Below are positions 11,001-18,103 of a stretch of 38,992 bases of DNA, in pieces. Every line of letters begins with the position of its first letter. Within the stretch, counting starts at the first letter, position 1. The translations under genes were made by a program, and so were the position numbers. The stretch is from the NCBI GenBank assembly GCA_031414955.1, contig JANOQV010000051.1:1-38992 (forward strand). Reading direction: 5' to 3'. The notes beneath the pieces were generated by a model that was given only the letters and a program-made list of their open reading frames with translations, ran no database searches and was not told the origin of the DNA. The stretch is from Pedosphaera sp. (GTDB taxonomy: Bacteria; Verrucomicrobiota; Verrucomicrobiia; Limisphaerales; SIBH01).

Positions 11001-12635
11001 GGCCAGCGCGTAAAAGTCCGACCAGCCTTCCGCCAGTCCACCGGTCTGGATGTGGCCGAAATAATCCAACCCCACTCCTCCGCCCACCATCCGGTCGGTC
11101 AGGCCGTGCGCGTATTCGTGCAACACCACGTCGGCGTCGAAGTCGCCGTCGCGATGGGGCGTCGGGCCATTGAAGAGGTACATCTGAATTTTTGCGGGCG
11201 AGCCATCGCGCGCCGGGCTGAAGTTGGCGTTGTTGAAGCCCGAACCGTCCTGGGCGTCGGCGAGGATGATGTCATTGTCGGCACCGCCCCGGCCGAAGTT
11301 GTCCTTCTGGAAATTCCCCGCCGACTCGGTGAAGCCAAGGTCATAGAGCATGTCGTGCGCCCAGTTGCACCAGTAGAAAAGTTGCACCGTGGCGGCGGCC
11401 GAGTAATTGGTCGGGTTCAGGGCCAGATCCATCGGAAAATCGAAGACGCGCTGGCCCCATTCATTCGTCCCGGCTTGGAGGCGGGGCTGGTCCGCCCGGT
11501 CGTCCGAGTTGCGGTCAAGACGCGCGTCCGCATTGTTGCCCGTGAGTTCGAAAACACCGTCGTTGATCCAGCCCAGCGGCGAAGCCGAAGCGCTGATGTT
11601 GCTGATGGCCAGCAACGGCCGCGGCACCGTCGGCGGTTGCGTGTTGGTCGGCACCGGCCAGCCCGGCGAGAACGGCGACGGGCTGTCGCTGGTATGCACA
11701 CGGTAGTGAACCTCGCTCACCTCCACGGTCAGTTTGCGCCGGACCAGAATTTCCCCCGTCTCGGCATCAACCAGTAATTTGAAACGCTCGCCGAATTCCC
11801 GCCGGGTCAATTCCACGTCCCAACAGAGCCGGAGACCGTTCCCATCCAGCGGCAGCCAGACCAAGCCGGCCTCAGCTGGGCCGGGCAACGGGTGGGCGCT
11901 GAACTTTTGGCGCAGGGTTTTCGGAGCGAACTTGGTTCCGACGACAGGCACGAGGTTGGTCACGGACTCGCCCACATTGGTCGCGGCGCGGCGCAGCGCC
12001 TGGGCGGACGTGATCGTGGGTGCGGCGGCCTTGGCCGCGCGGTTGCGCGTGCCGCGATCCGCGGCGGCGGCCGGCTCGGGGACGAATAAACTGGAGAGGC
12101 CGATCAATTCCCCCCGGGCCGTCGTGTGGGCCACCAGCACGGAATCGAAAACGGGGATGCCATCCACCTGCTGCTCCCACGCCACGGTGCGCAACCCGTG
12201 GGCGTTGGTGTGGTCGCGCTGCCGGGTGGCACCCTCCAACGCTTCCGCGCCGTGTCGGAAAAGCGCCCGATGCTCCTCCAGGAACGCTTTCACCGGCTGG
12301 TCGGCATCCCGGTTGAAGCGCCGGGCCTGCGCGGCCGTGACCGCGCCGCCTTCGCCGTTCGGCCCGGTGAGCAAGGCTCCTTGCGCGTGAATCCATTTGG
12401 GCGAGCCGATCAATGGATCAAAGTCCGTCTGCGCGGCCGGCAGACGCGCTTTCAGAGCGGTCTGCGCGCGGCGTTGGTCGGGTCGAGCGCCTCCGGGCGC
12501 GGCTGGGATACGCCGGTCGAAGTTGGTGAGAGAGGCCCGGTCGATGGCTTCGAGCGCGCGGGCTGGCGGGCCTGACGCGGCCCAGGCGGCGACGCACAGA
12601 ACCCAGAAGTTTCTGACGAGCAATCTTAGTGGCAC
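5025..12635 (-). CDS. Giant secreted M36 (fungalysin) metallopeptidase with FTP/PepSY propeptide, BACON-like, Calx-beta, lamin-tail-like, DUF11 and C-terminal putative sorting domains
   Basis: Signal peptide; WEQQVDGIPVF (FTP); LVDAETGEIL (PepSY); GFTESAGNFQ, NNANF, HEYAH (11106-11120), GLAEGWSDF, GIRRYPYS, VHRQGEVW; Calx-beta repeats (GTALAGLDY...TLTFPPG); DUF11 (ITNTGPSDAAGVRLTD); ends QFFRVRIVP. Confidence 0.9.
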   Translation of the reverse strand: MPLRLLVRNFWVLCVAAWAASGPPARALEAIDRASLTNFDRRIPAAPGGARPDQRRAQTALKARLPAAQTDFDPLIGSPKWIHAQGALLTGPNGEGGAVTAAQARRFNRDADQPVKAFLEEHRALFRHGAEALEGATRQRDHTNAHGLRTVAWEQQVDGIPVFDSVLVAHTTARGELIGLSSLFVPEPAAAADRGTRNRAAKAAAPTITSAQALRRAATNVGESVTNLVPVVGTKFAPKTLRQKFSAHPLPGPAEAGLVWLPLDGNGLRLCWDVELTRREFGERFKLLVDAETGEILVRRKLTVEVSEVHYRVHTSDSPSPFSPGWPVPTNTQPPTVPRPLLAISNISASASPLGWINDGVFELTGNNADARLDRNSDDRADQPRLQAGTNEWGQRVFDFPMDLALNPTNYSAAATVQLFYWCNWAHDMLYDLGFTESAGNFQKDNFGRGGADNDIILADAQDGSGFNNANFSPARDGSPAKIQMYLFNGPTPHRDGDFDADVVLHEYAHGLTDRMVGGGVGLDYFGHIQTGGLAEGWSDFYALALLAQLEDDLGGNYAMGGYITYLFNGLTQNYYYGIRRYPYSTNLNFDPLTFKDIDPNQASSHPGVPRSPIVTSGASEVHRQGEVWCSMLWDMRANLLGKYAPTNGADYTNANMKVLGYITLGLQFTPPNPSFVQARDSILAAVRNTPGSGNDTNEVWAAFARRGLGKSALGPDSTTTFGIIEAYDTPAQPEFDVLPRLSTITLTGPVGGPFTPAGWTNLLVNLSATNLAWGAGVSQSWLQLSESNGVITPGGLQTNNVFLSSSATTLSAGVRQAVVSYTNLARTQVISTLVTLNVLSGDPDPDTLEITPATTLFLQGLPGGPFSPAQQNYTLANTGLDPIGWRAASSVKWLTLSATNGVLSPDAALTNITVSVNFNANSLTTGYSYGTLSFINTNTGGQTDLGVSLRISAADYLTEDFNLNTFDLAYSTISFTPDLSTNFYRACREPATQFPVDPAGGTLLSLADDEYQQVALTNGRTVSLFGTPTNALWIGANGNLSFDPGALTNFFTPGLSEYFNAGRAAALYVDLNPATGGTISYRQLADRFVVSYENVPEFGTTNSNEAQIELFYDGAVRMTWLRIEATNGQQIISGMSRGGGFPGDYIRSDLSAASGCFPLATLVVPARATEGDGSLQATLLLGSPLTNDLIVTLSSSDPNELTVPAELLLLTGQSSVQFPIDAIDDFTADGTQPATITAAFPDRPPATASLLVDDAQSASLTINLAANGTEGTVLAGAGTVTSSVQAVRPLLVSLHSVNPNRVAVPSAVIIPAGQSSASFNLVLVDNNLLDGTENVIIEASVSNWSGDLDLIRVSDNESRALSLTLPAFVTEGDGTLTNLGRVSLGGLSVSNVVIALQSEVPGLIGVPAFVTNSAGQSNVLFNLLIGDNAIIGGPSIIRIFASALGFLNATGSLDVVDDERPFEVSNPIPEDQSTGVQRDLPLTWEPDPHAPPQTLYEIYFSTNAILTPGDLIASTFNHEVYLARELDPETTHYWQVVSRLAPFPDVASPVWQFTTVSFGLRFDPIGTTQFMNQPFPVVITAQDHYGVIVTNYTGQLTLTNSAPVKDTATIVITEIDPSSFARVEFVNVSGRPINITGWQIALYDGVRWPNPTVVYTVPAPGLVGSNDLFSLRGLPFQFFPGQYPTYATGTNLGWNFNAQNNQVAVVLRDGAGNVVDFFCAAGADPAQITAPAPVPAPEWTSPPLGVNINPARTYQRSGNHDYNSTNDWAIAPRTILTNNPGLVAPFTNRVSLAMTVAPWSAFLHGTSTSTVTVLEPAWALRLGASDAYGHGGLADLMDVTAADDLALSGSAPDSVLINQNITNRFTITNTGPSDAAGVRLTDQLAPAAAFVAATTSQGDCVFSNGLLVCELGTIVLGTNAEVSVISTASLRGSLTNIATVTRLTGDPYPQNNSLTQRTAVVFPQISIFSATNSEGNTSAVTMTFSLRLSAPHALTTSVAWATSDGVALAGLDYVATNGLAFIPPGATSATVAVAILGDVLNEANETLFINLFDATNADIFRSTATGTISDNDPLPQLFISDAAVTERDGETTNATFSVRLSAVSGRSVTANYVTANGTALAGLDYLEGYGTLTFPPGVTNQTVIVPVLGDQIQEPAKTFSVTITSAGSASIADGQGVCTLTDNDIDPLGQFSFSPLPATNYAGRPMLVSITARDGGGAVATGFNGPVSLFAAETPRLITTTTTTTNLTTWNFPLAAAFHDARLQAIYPAAEIGATGRIASIALDLTQAPVQTLSNWTIRLRHFTGDRYNVALWESSGWVTNFQQALSIISTGWVTFTFPTPFAYNGRDSLMVDFSFDNSSFSADALCRSTATTALRSLSLRTDSAFGRPLDWSGVSPAGGALTARVPRLRLGLERALTVTPPLLGNFINGVWAGSVLIDTAANELVLRAVDELGRAGQSSPAALIHLSLTRILRSGQEVTMQFPTLNGSQYVVEGSATVSDGWSPVSPVLTGDGGLLDFTLTPGDEQFFRVRIVP
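5898..5918. repeat. (GGT)7 / (ACC)7 trinucleotide repeat encoding a poly-Thr linker
   Basis: Seven perfect GGT copies; translation reads PRLITTTTTTTNL. Confidence 0.85.
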
Positions 12636-12798
12636 GGCGCTTGAGTGGACTGAGAGTTTGATGCGCGAAGGTGCGCGCTGTTCCCGTCAAAGTCAATTTT
12701 CCGAACATGCTTGAAGTGGGACGCTGAAAGCGCCGCTCCGCACCACCAGGGCCGGCCCAAGCTTGCGACTTTGGTGGCAGCTTACTAAGCTGAACACC

Positions 12799-14247
12799 GT
12801 GGCTCAGATCAAATTTGGAACCGATGGCTGGCGCGCGGTCATCGCGGAAGACTTCACCTTCGCCAATCTCGAACGCGTCGCCCAGGCGACGGCCGAATTC
12901 TGGAAGCGCCATCCGGTGCCCGGGGCGGAGGCGCGGGTCGTGATCGGCTACGACCGGCGCTTTCTCTCCGATCAATTTGCCGCCCGCACCGCCGAGGTCA
13001 TGCTGGGGAATGGCTTCGCCGTCACCCTGACTTCGGTGCCCACGCCCACTCCCGCCGTTTCCTTCGCCGTCCAGGCACAGCGGGCCACGGGCGGGGTGAT
13101 GATCACAGCCAGCCACAATCCGCCCTCGTTCAACGGTTTCAAGCTCAAGGCCCACTTCGGCGGCTCGGCCGAGTCGGCCACCTGCCAGGCCATTGAAGCG
13201 CTGCTCGACGCCACCCCGGTCCGGACGCAGTCGCTGGATTCTTTTCCGACCGGAGCTGGAGCTGGGAAGCCGGGTGCGCCGCAGAACCGTTTCCAGCTTG
13301 CGGACATCCGCGCCGAACATTTCGCCGCGATCAAGGCGTTGGTGGATTTCAAACTCATTGCCAGGTCGAAACTGAAGTTTGCGCATGACGCCCTTTTTGG
13401 CGTGGGGGCCGGCTGCTTCGAGCAATTGCTGGCCGGGACCACCTGCCGTGTCACCACCCTGAACGCAAAGCACGACCCGTTTTTCGGCGGCCTCAATCCC
13501 GAGCCGATCGAAAAGAATTACGGCCCGACCCAGAAGTACCTGAGACAGCATCCGCACGACGTCTGTCTGGTCACCGATGGTGACGCCGACCGCGTGGGTG
13601 GAATGGATGGCCGGGGCCGCGCCCTCTCCACGCATCAGTTGATCTGTCTGCTGGTTCATCATTACGTGGCCAATCGCGGGGCGCGGGGGCGTGTGCTCAA
13701 GGCGCTCACCACCACCTCCATGCTGGACAAGCTCTGTGCGGCGCGCGGGCTGCCGCTGGTGGAGACGGGCGTGGGGTTCAAGTACATCGCCGCCGAAATG
13801 CTCAAGGGCGACTACGTGCTCGGCGCGGAGGAGAGCGGCGGCATCGGCTTTCCCGGGCACATTCCTGAGCGCGATGGCATCCTCGCCGGGTTGATGCTGC
13901 TCGAACTGCTGGCCACGGAGCGCGTGTCCATCAACAAACTGATCGAGCGGTTGGTGAAGGAGTTTGGTCCGCACTGTTATGCGCGTCACGACGCGCACTT
14001 TCCCCTGGAGAAACGCGCCGCGCTCATGGAGTTCTGCCGGACCAATCCGCCCGCCCGGCTGCTGCGCTCGCCGCTGGCCGAGATCAAGAGCTACGATGGC
14101 GTGAAGTTCATCGCGCGCGATGGTTCGTGGCTGATGCTGCGCGGTTCGGGCACGGAGCCGATCCTGCGCATCTATGCCGAGGCCGCCACGGAGGCGGGTG
14201 CGCGGCGCTTGCTGGCCGAAGGCGTGAAGCTGACCGGGCGGGTGTGA
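12799..14247 (+). CDS. Phosphoglucomutase/phosphomannomutase family protein
   Basis: IKFGTDGWR, TASHNP (phospho-Ser), DGDADR, GAEESGG, RGSGTEP; start moved to GTG 12799. Confidence 0.95.
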   Translation: MAQIKFGTDGWRAVIAEDFTFANLERVAQATAEFWKRHPVPGAEARVVIGYDRRFLSDQFAARTAEVMLGNGFAVTLTSVPTPTPAVSFAVQAQRATGGVMITASHNPPSFNGFKLKAHFGGSAESATCQAIEALLDATPVRTQSLDSFPTGAGAGKPGAPQNRFQLADIRAEHFAAIKALVDFKLIARSKLKFAHDALFGVGAGCFEQLLAGTTCRVTTLNAKHDPFFGGLNPEPIEKNYGPTQKYLRQHPHDVCLVTDGDADRVGGMDGRGRALSTHQLICLLVHHYVANRGARGRVLKALTTTSMLDKLCAARGLPLVETGVGFKYIAAEMLKGDYVLGAEESGGIGFPGHIPERDGILAGLMLLELLATERVSINKLIERLVKEFGPHCYARHDAHFPLEKRAALMEFCRTNPPARLLRSPLAEIKSYDGVKFIARDGSWLMLRGSGTEPILRIYAEAATEAGARRLLAEGVKLTGRV

Positions 14248-14375
14248 GCGGGAACTGGTCCGGCGTGGTTAATCCACGCGCCCAACCGCTGACTGAAGGG
14301 TGGCGATAGTCCCTCCTTCCGCGCGGTGAAATTTTCTTCGTGATTTCAGGTGAAGCGAATTCTACCGTCCACCCC

Positions 14376-15686
14376 ATGATCATGTGGATTACGGCCCTCG
14401 TGCTGGTGGCGTTGACGATTGGCGTGGGCTACCGGCAAGGGGCGACGCGCGCGGCGTTTTCATTCCTCGGGTTGCTGGCCGGAGCCATGCTGGCCGTGCC
14501 GGTGGGGCCGATGTTCGACTGGTTCTTTCCGCTCATCGGATTTAAGCAGCCGATGGCGGCCAAGTTCGGCGGGCCGATTCTAGCTTTCTTCGTCGTGTCC
14601 TGGGTGTTCAAGGCCATCGGCAGCTTTGTGCATCGCAAGGTCGATTATTTTTACCGATATCAGCGCGACGACGCGACGCGCGCGGTCTGGGAAGTGATGC
14701 ATCGGCGCGTTGGAGCGTGCGTGGGCGCTTTGAACGGCACGGTTTATTTCCTCGCCTTCGCGCTCCTCGTGGCCGTGTTTGGCTACTTCACGATTCAGAC
14801 TGGCGCCGCGGAGAGCAACTCCAAGGTGTTGAGCTTCCTCGGCAAATCAGCGGAGGACTTGCAGCGCACCGGCATGGACAAAGCGGTGGCCCCGTTCAAT
14901 CCGGCGGCGGAAAAATATTTTGATTTTGCGGACATCGCGGGGCTGATCTTTCACAACCGTGCGCTGGTGGACAGGCTCTACCAGTACCCGGTCTTCGCCG
15001 CCATGGCGGAGGAGCCGGTGTACCGGGAAATGGGCGCGGACAAGGAATTGCAGGGGATGATCAAGGGGCAGGCCAGCCTCAACGAAATCCTGGCCAACCC
15101 AAAGGTCGCCGAGGTGGTGAGCAACTCGGACATCGCGACCCGCGTGCTGGAACTGGACTTCAACGATCTCCGGCAATACCTCGAGACGGGGAAGTCGGAG
15201 AAGTACGCCCAGGAGAAAATTCTGGGCCGCTGGGCTTATGACGAAACGTCCACGTTGCTGTTGAACAAAAAGCTCAAGCCGGAGGTGCCCGCCTCGCGCT
15301 GGTTTCTCATGAAGAATGAGCTGACCCAGCGTTTTGACAATTCGGTCTTCACCGCCTTCTACGACAACAAGGCCAAGCTCGTGCTGGCCACGAACCTGGA
15401 TGGCAAGGCTTCGCCGCTGCAGGCCGTGCCGGCCCGGGGTCTGCGGCCCGGGGGCGCGCCCGGCGCCGCGCCGGTGGCGATCACGGTCACGAATTTCGTC
15501 CCCCTTTGGTTCTTCACCAACGCGACCTATTCGGCCCTCGGCAAGTGGAGCGGCACGGCACCGAACTACTTCGTGACCCTCGGGAACAAGAACGGCACCA
15601 GCACCGCCGAAGGAAAACTGCTGGCGGATCAAATGGCCTTCGGATTTGAAGGTCGGGCGCTGGTTTACCGGCGAATCGCCGATTGA
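14376..15686 (+). CDS. CvpA-family membrane protein with long C-terminal extracytoplasmic extension
   Basis: N-terminal TM helix followed by GYRQGA, four TM segments, 'RRVGACVGALNG' CvpA-like motif; start at ATG 14376. Confidence 0.7.
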   Translation: MIMWITALVLVALTIGVGYRQGATRAAFSFLGLLAGAMLAVPVGPMFDWFFPLIGFKQPMAAKFGGPILAFFVVSWVFKAIGSFVHRKVDYFYRYQRDDATRAVWEVMHRRVGACVGALNGTVYFLAFALLVAVFGYFTIQTGAAESNSKVLSFLGKSAEDLQRTGMDKAVAPFNPAAEKYFDFADIAGLIFHNRALVDRLYQYPVFAAMAEEPVYREMGADKELQGMIKGQASLNEILANPKVAEVVSNSDIATRVLELDFNDLRQYLETGKSEKYAQEKILGRWAYDETSTLLLNKKLKPEVPASRWFLMKNELTQRFDNSVFTAFYDNKAKLVLATNLDGKASPLQAVPARGLRPGGAPGAAPVAITVTNFVPLWFFTNATYSALGKWSGTAPNYFVTLGNKNGTSTAEGKLLADQMAFGFEGRALVYRRIAD

Positions 15687-15922
15687 ATTCAGCTCCCTGT
15701 TCCGTCCCGACGACGGGGTGATTTCGCCCTGGGTCGTAGCTTGGCCGCAGAGCAGGATTGGAATCGGATTGGGGGCCTGGCGGTTTATTTCCCGAACGCG
15801 CTCATCCATGACCGGCTGGCAGGAAATGGGAGGATGAGAAAATGAAACTTTCCCACCTTCGGCCTTCCTCTGGTGGGACGTCCCCCGCCAGTTGGAGGCC
15901 GGGAGCGCGGTGGCGCTGAATT

Positions 15923-16336
15923 TCAGCGCAAGTTGAAGGAGGCAGGGATGGCCTGCCCTTGGAACACCTTGCGATCCACGGGCGTCCCGTAACTGGTCAC
16001 GGGGTTGGTGCTGTTGGCTACCAACATTTCGGCCCCCGCCTCCAGCCCATTGATAGACATCCCGGTTGTCAGTGCAGTTGCATCTGCTTCCCCGCCATCG
16101 GCCGTGGCCACGCCGTAAATGATCAGCCCGCAGGCCATCGCTCCAGTGGCTGCGGCCAGAGCCGGGCGCAAATCGAAGCCGAACCGTTCCCACCACGAGA
16201 CGCGGGCCTCGCCTCGTTCGAGGCGCGCGACCACGCGGCTGGAAAAATCGTTGAAGTAGCGCGGAGGGGGCTGTTCGTGGCGTTTAAGCCGGAGCAGTTT
16301 CTTCAGCGGGTTAAAATTGTCCGAAGGGAAATCCAT
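15923..16336 (-). CDS. Putative single-pass membrane anti-sigma factor
   Basis: Starts 4 nt after the ECF sigma stop; LKKLLRLKRHEQPPPRYFNDFSSRVVARL followed by one TM helix. Confidence 0.7.
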   Translation of the reverse strand: MDFPSDNFNPLKKLLRLKRHEQPPPRYFNDFSSRVVARLERGEARVSWWERFGFDLRPALAAATGAMACGLIIYGVATADGGEADATALTTGMSINGLEAGAEMLVANSTNPVTSYGTPVDRKVFQGQAIPASFNLR

Positions 16337-16340
16337 AAGC

Positions 16341-17015
16341 TCACTTCAAATAGTCGGCCAGATAGCCCTGCAATTGCTGGCGCGCATAGTAAAGCCGGGA
16401 GCGAACCGTCCCGGCGTTACAATCCATGATGCTGGCAATTTCTTCATGCGACATGCCCTGCACATCATGCAGGGTCACCACCATTCTGTGATCCTCGGAC
16501 AGCTTCTGGAGGGCGGCGTTCAATTTTTCCTTCAACTCGCTCAGGGCCGCGTTGCGCCGCGGCGTATTCTCGGACACGAATGCCACCAACTCGGGATCGT
16601 TTTCGATGTTGAAGTCAACGTCGTTCAGGCTGAGGGAAACCTTGCCCTTGCGCTGCTTGAGGAAGTTGAGCGTTTTATTTACCGCGATGCGGTAAACCCA
16701 GGTGTAGAAGCTGGAGTCGCCCTTAAAGGTTTTGAGCGCGCTGTAAGCCTTGATGAACGCCTCCTGCGCCAGATCGTTGGCATCCTCATGATTGGAGGTC
16801 ATGTGGTAAACGGTCGCGTAAACGCGTTCCTGGTAGCGCCGGACGAGTTGGTCATAGGCCGCCAGGTTGCCATCGCGCGCGGCCCGGACCAGTTCGTGGT
16901 CCGGTTGGACATCAAAAGGTGTCTGCGGGGAGTTCTCCTCCCGGTCCGTCGGCTCGGGCGGTGCGGCGGGAATTTCCGTCTCGTTGACGGGCTCGCTCTC
17001 CATCATGGCGTTCAC
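16341..17015 (-). CDS. ECF sigma-70 factor (RpoE-like)
   Basis: DANDLAQEAFIKAY, SSFYTWVYRIAVN (region 2); SHEEIASIMDCNAGTVRSRLYYAR (region 4). Start is GTG 17015 or ATG 17006. Confidence 0.93.
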   Translation of the reverse strand: MNAMMESEPVNETEIPAAPPEPTDREENSPQTPFDVQPDHELVRAARDGNLAAYDQLVRRYQERVYATVYHMTSNHEDANDLAQEAFIKAYSALKTFKGDSSFYTWVYRIAVNKTLNFLKQRKGKVSLSLNDVDFNIENDPELVAFVSENTPRRNAALSELKEKLNAALQKLSEDHRMVVTLHDVQGMSHEEIASIMDCNAGTVRSRLYYARQQLQGYLADYLK

Positions 17016-17016
17016 G

Positions 17017-18069
17017 TCAGGCGGCGACTCCGAGGAATTCTGTCTGCGCGGCCAGGACTTGGCAAAGGCCGATTAGCCCGGCCCGTGATTCAGATTCGCG
17101 CAACGCGGCGGCGTGGGATCGGGCCTCGTCCAGATACCGTTGAATGACCTTCAGAGAATCCTCCAACGCTCCCTGCTGCTGGAGCAACGCCACCACACGG
17201 CCGAAGGATTGGGGCTGGTAGTCCGCCACCAGCGTTTCCAGTTCCACCGCCGCCGCGCGTTCGCCTTTTTCCAGGATGGCCAGGACGGGCAGGGTCAGCT
17301 TGCCTTTCCTCAAATCCGTCCCGAGTGACTTGCCGGCGGTCCCTTCTGAGCCAAAGAGGTCGAGACAGTCGTCATAAATCTGATAGGCCGTGCCCAAAGC
17401 CAGTCCATAACCTCGCAGAGCCTCGCGTTCCCGGGAGGTCGCACCGCTCAGGTACGCTCCCATGTCGCAAGCCAGCGCAAACAATTCCCCGGTCTTCATG
17501 GCCAGCACCCGGAGATACTCGGTCTGAGACGAGTGCAGGTCGCGGCGGCGGAGCGTTTGTAGAATTTCTCCTTCGCACACCGTGTCCGTGGAGGTCGAAA
17601 CCGCCCGGCAGACCTCCGTGGTGGGAAAACCGGCCGCCAGCTTGAGCGATTTGGCGAACAGGCAGTCGCCCAGCAGGACGGATATTTCGTTGCCCCAGTT
17701 CGCCGCCAAGGTCGGACGGCCCCGGCGGATGGTCGCCTCGTCCATCACGTCGTCGTGGACCAGCGTGGCCAGGTGAACCATCTCGATAATGACCGCGACG
17801 GTGACGTGGGAATCTTGAATCTTGCCCGTGGCGGCCGCGCTCAGGCCGACCAGCGCCGGACGCAACTGCTTGCCCTGCGCGTTCAGCGCGTACGCGGCAT
17901 AGGATGCGAGATCCGTTTCGAACGCGCTGATTTGTTCACCCATCCGTTTGGAAACAGCGTGGAGGAAAGGCTCCAACGGCTTGACGATTTGCTTCCAATC
18001 GACCGGCGTTTTCGCAAGCGACGACCCCGGCTCCAAGGGTGGCGTCACTCTGGTTTCTGCGGCCAACAT
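17017..18069 (-). CDS. ispB: Long-chain polyprenyl (octaprenyl-type) diphosphate synthase
   Basis: GKQLRP, EMVHLATLVHDDVMD, RRGRPT, KTGELF, YQIYDDCLD, GKLTLP; the small residues before the first DDxxD fit a long-chain product. Confidence 0.88.
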   Translation of the reverse strand: MLAAETRVTPPLEPGSSLAKTPVDWKQIVKPLEPFLHAVSKRMGEQISAFETDLASYAAYALNAQGKQLRPALVGLSAAATGKIQDSHVTVAVIIEMVHLATLVHDDVMDEATIRRGRPTLAANWGNEISVLLGDCLFAKSLKLAAGFPTTEVCRAVSTSTDTVCEGEILQTLRRRDLHSSQTEYLRVLAMKTGELFALACDMGAYLSGATSREREALRGYGLALGTAYQIYDDCLDLFGSEGTAGKSLGTDLRKGKLTLPVLAILEKGERAAAVELETLVADYQPQSFGRVVALLQQQGALEDSLKVIQRYLDEARSHAAALRESESRAGLIGLCQVLAAQTEFLGVAA

Positions 18070-18103
18070 GGTGCGCGGAACTTACGGGTGCGTTTTTTCC
18101 AAG

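Noticed and set aside
12630..12645. TGGCAC-GGCGC-TTGAG, a sigma54-like box on the plus strand upstream of the phosphohexomutase
   Set aside because: The -12 element is GA rather than GC, it overlaps the protease start codon, and it lies about 150 nt from the gene. Possible but unsupported.
15684..15925. Convergent intergenic region bounded by near-inverted TGAATTCAGC / GCTGAATTTCA, possible MITE or sRNA
   Set aside because: The repeat is short, imperfect and includes both stop codons; no target duplication or recognisable RNA family.
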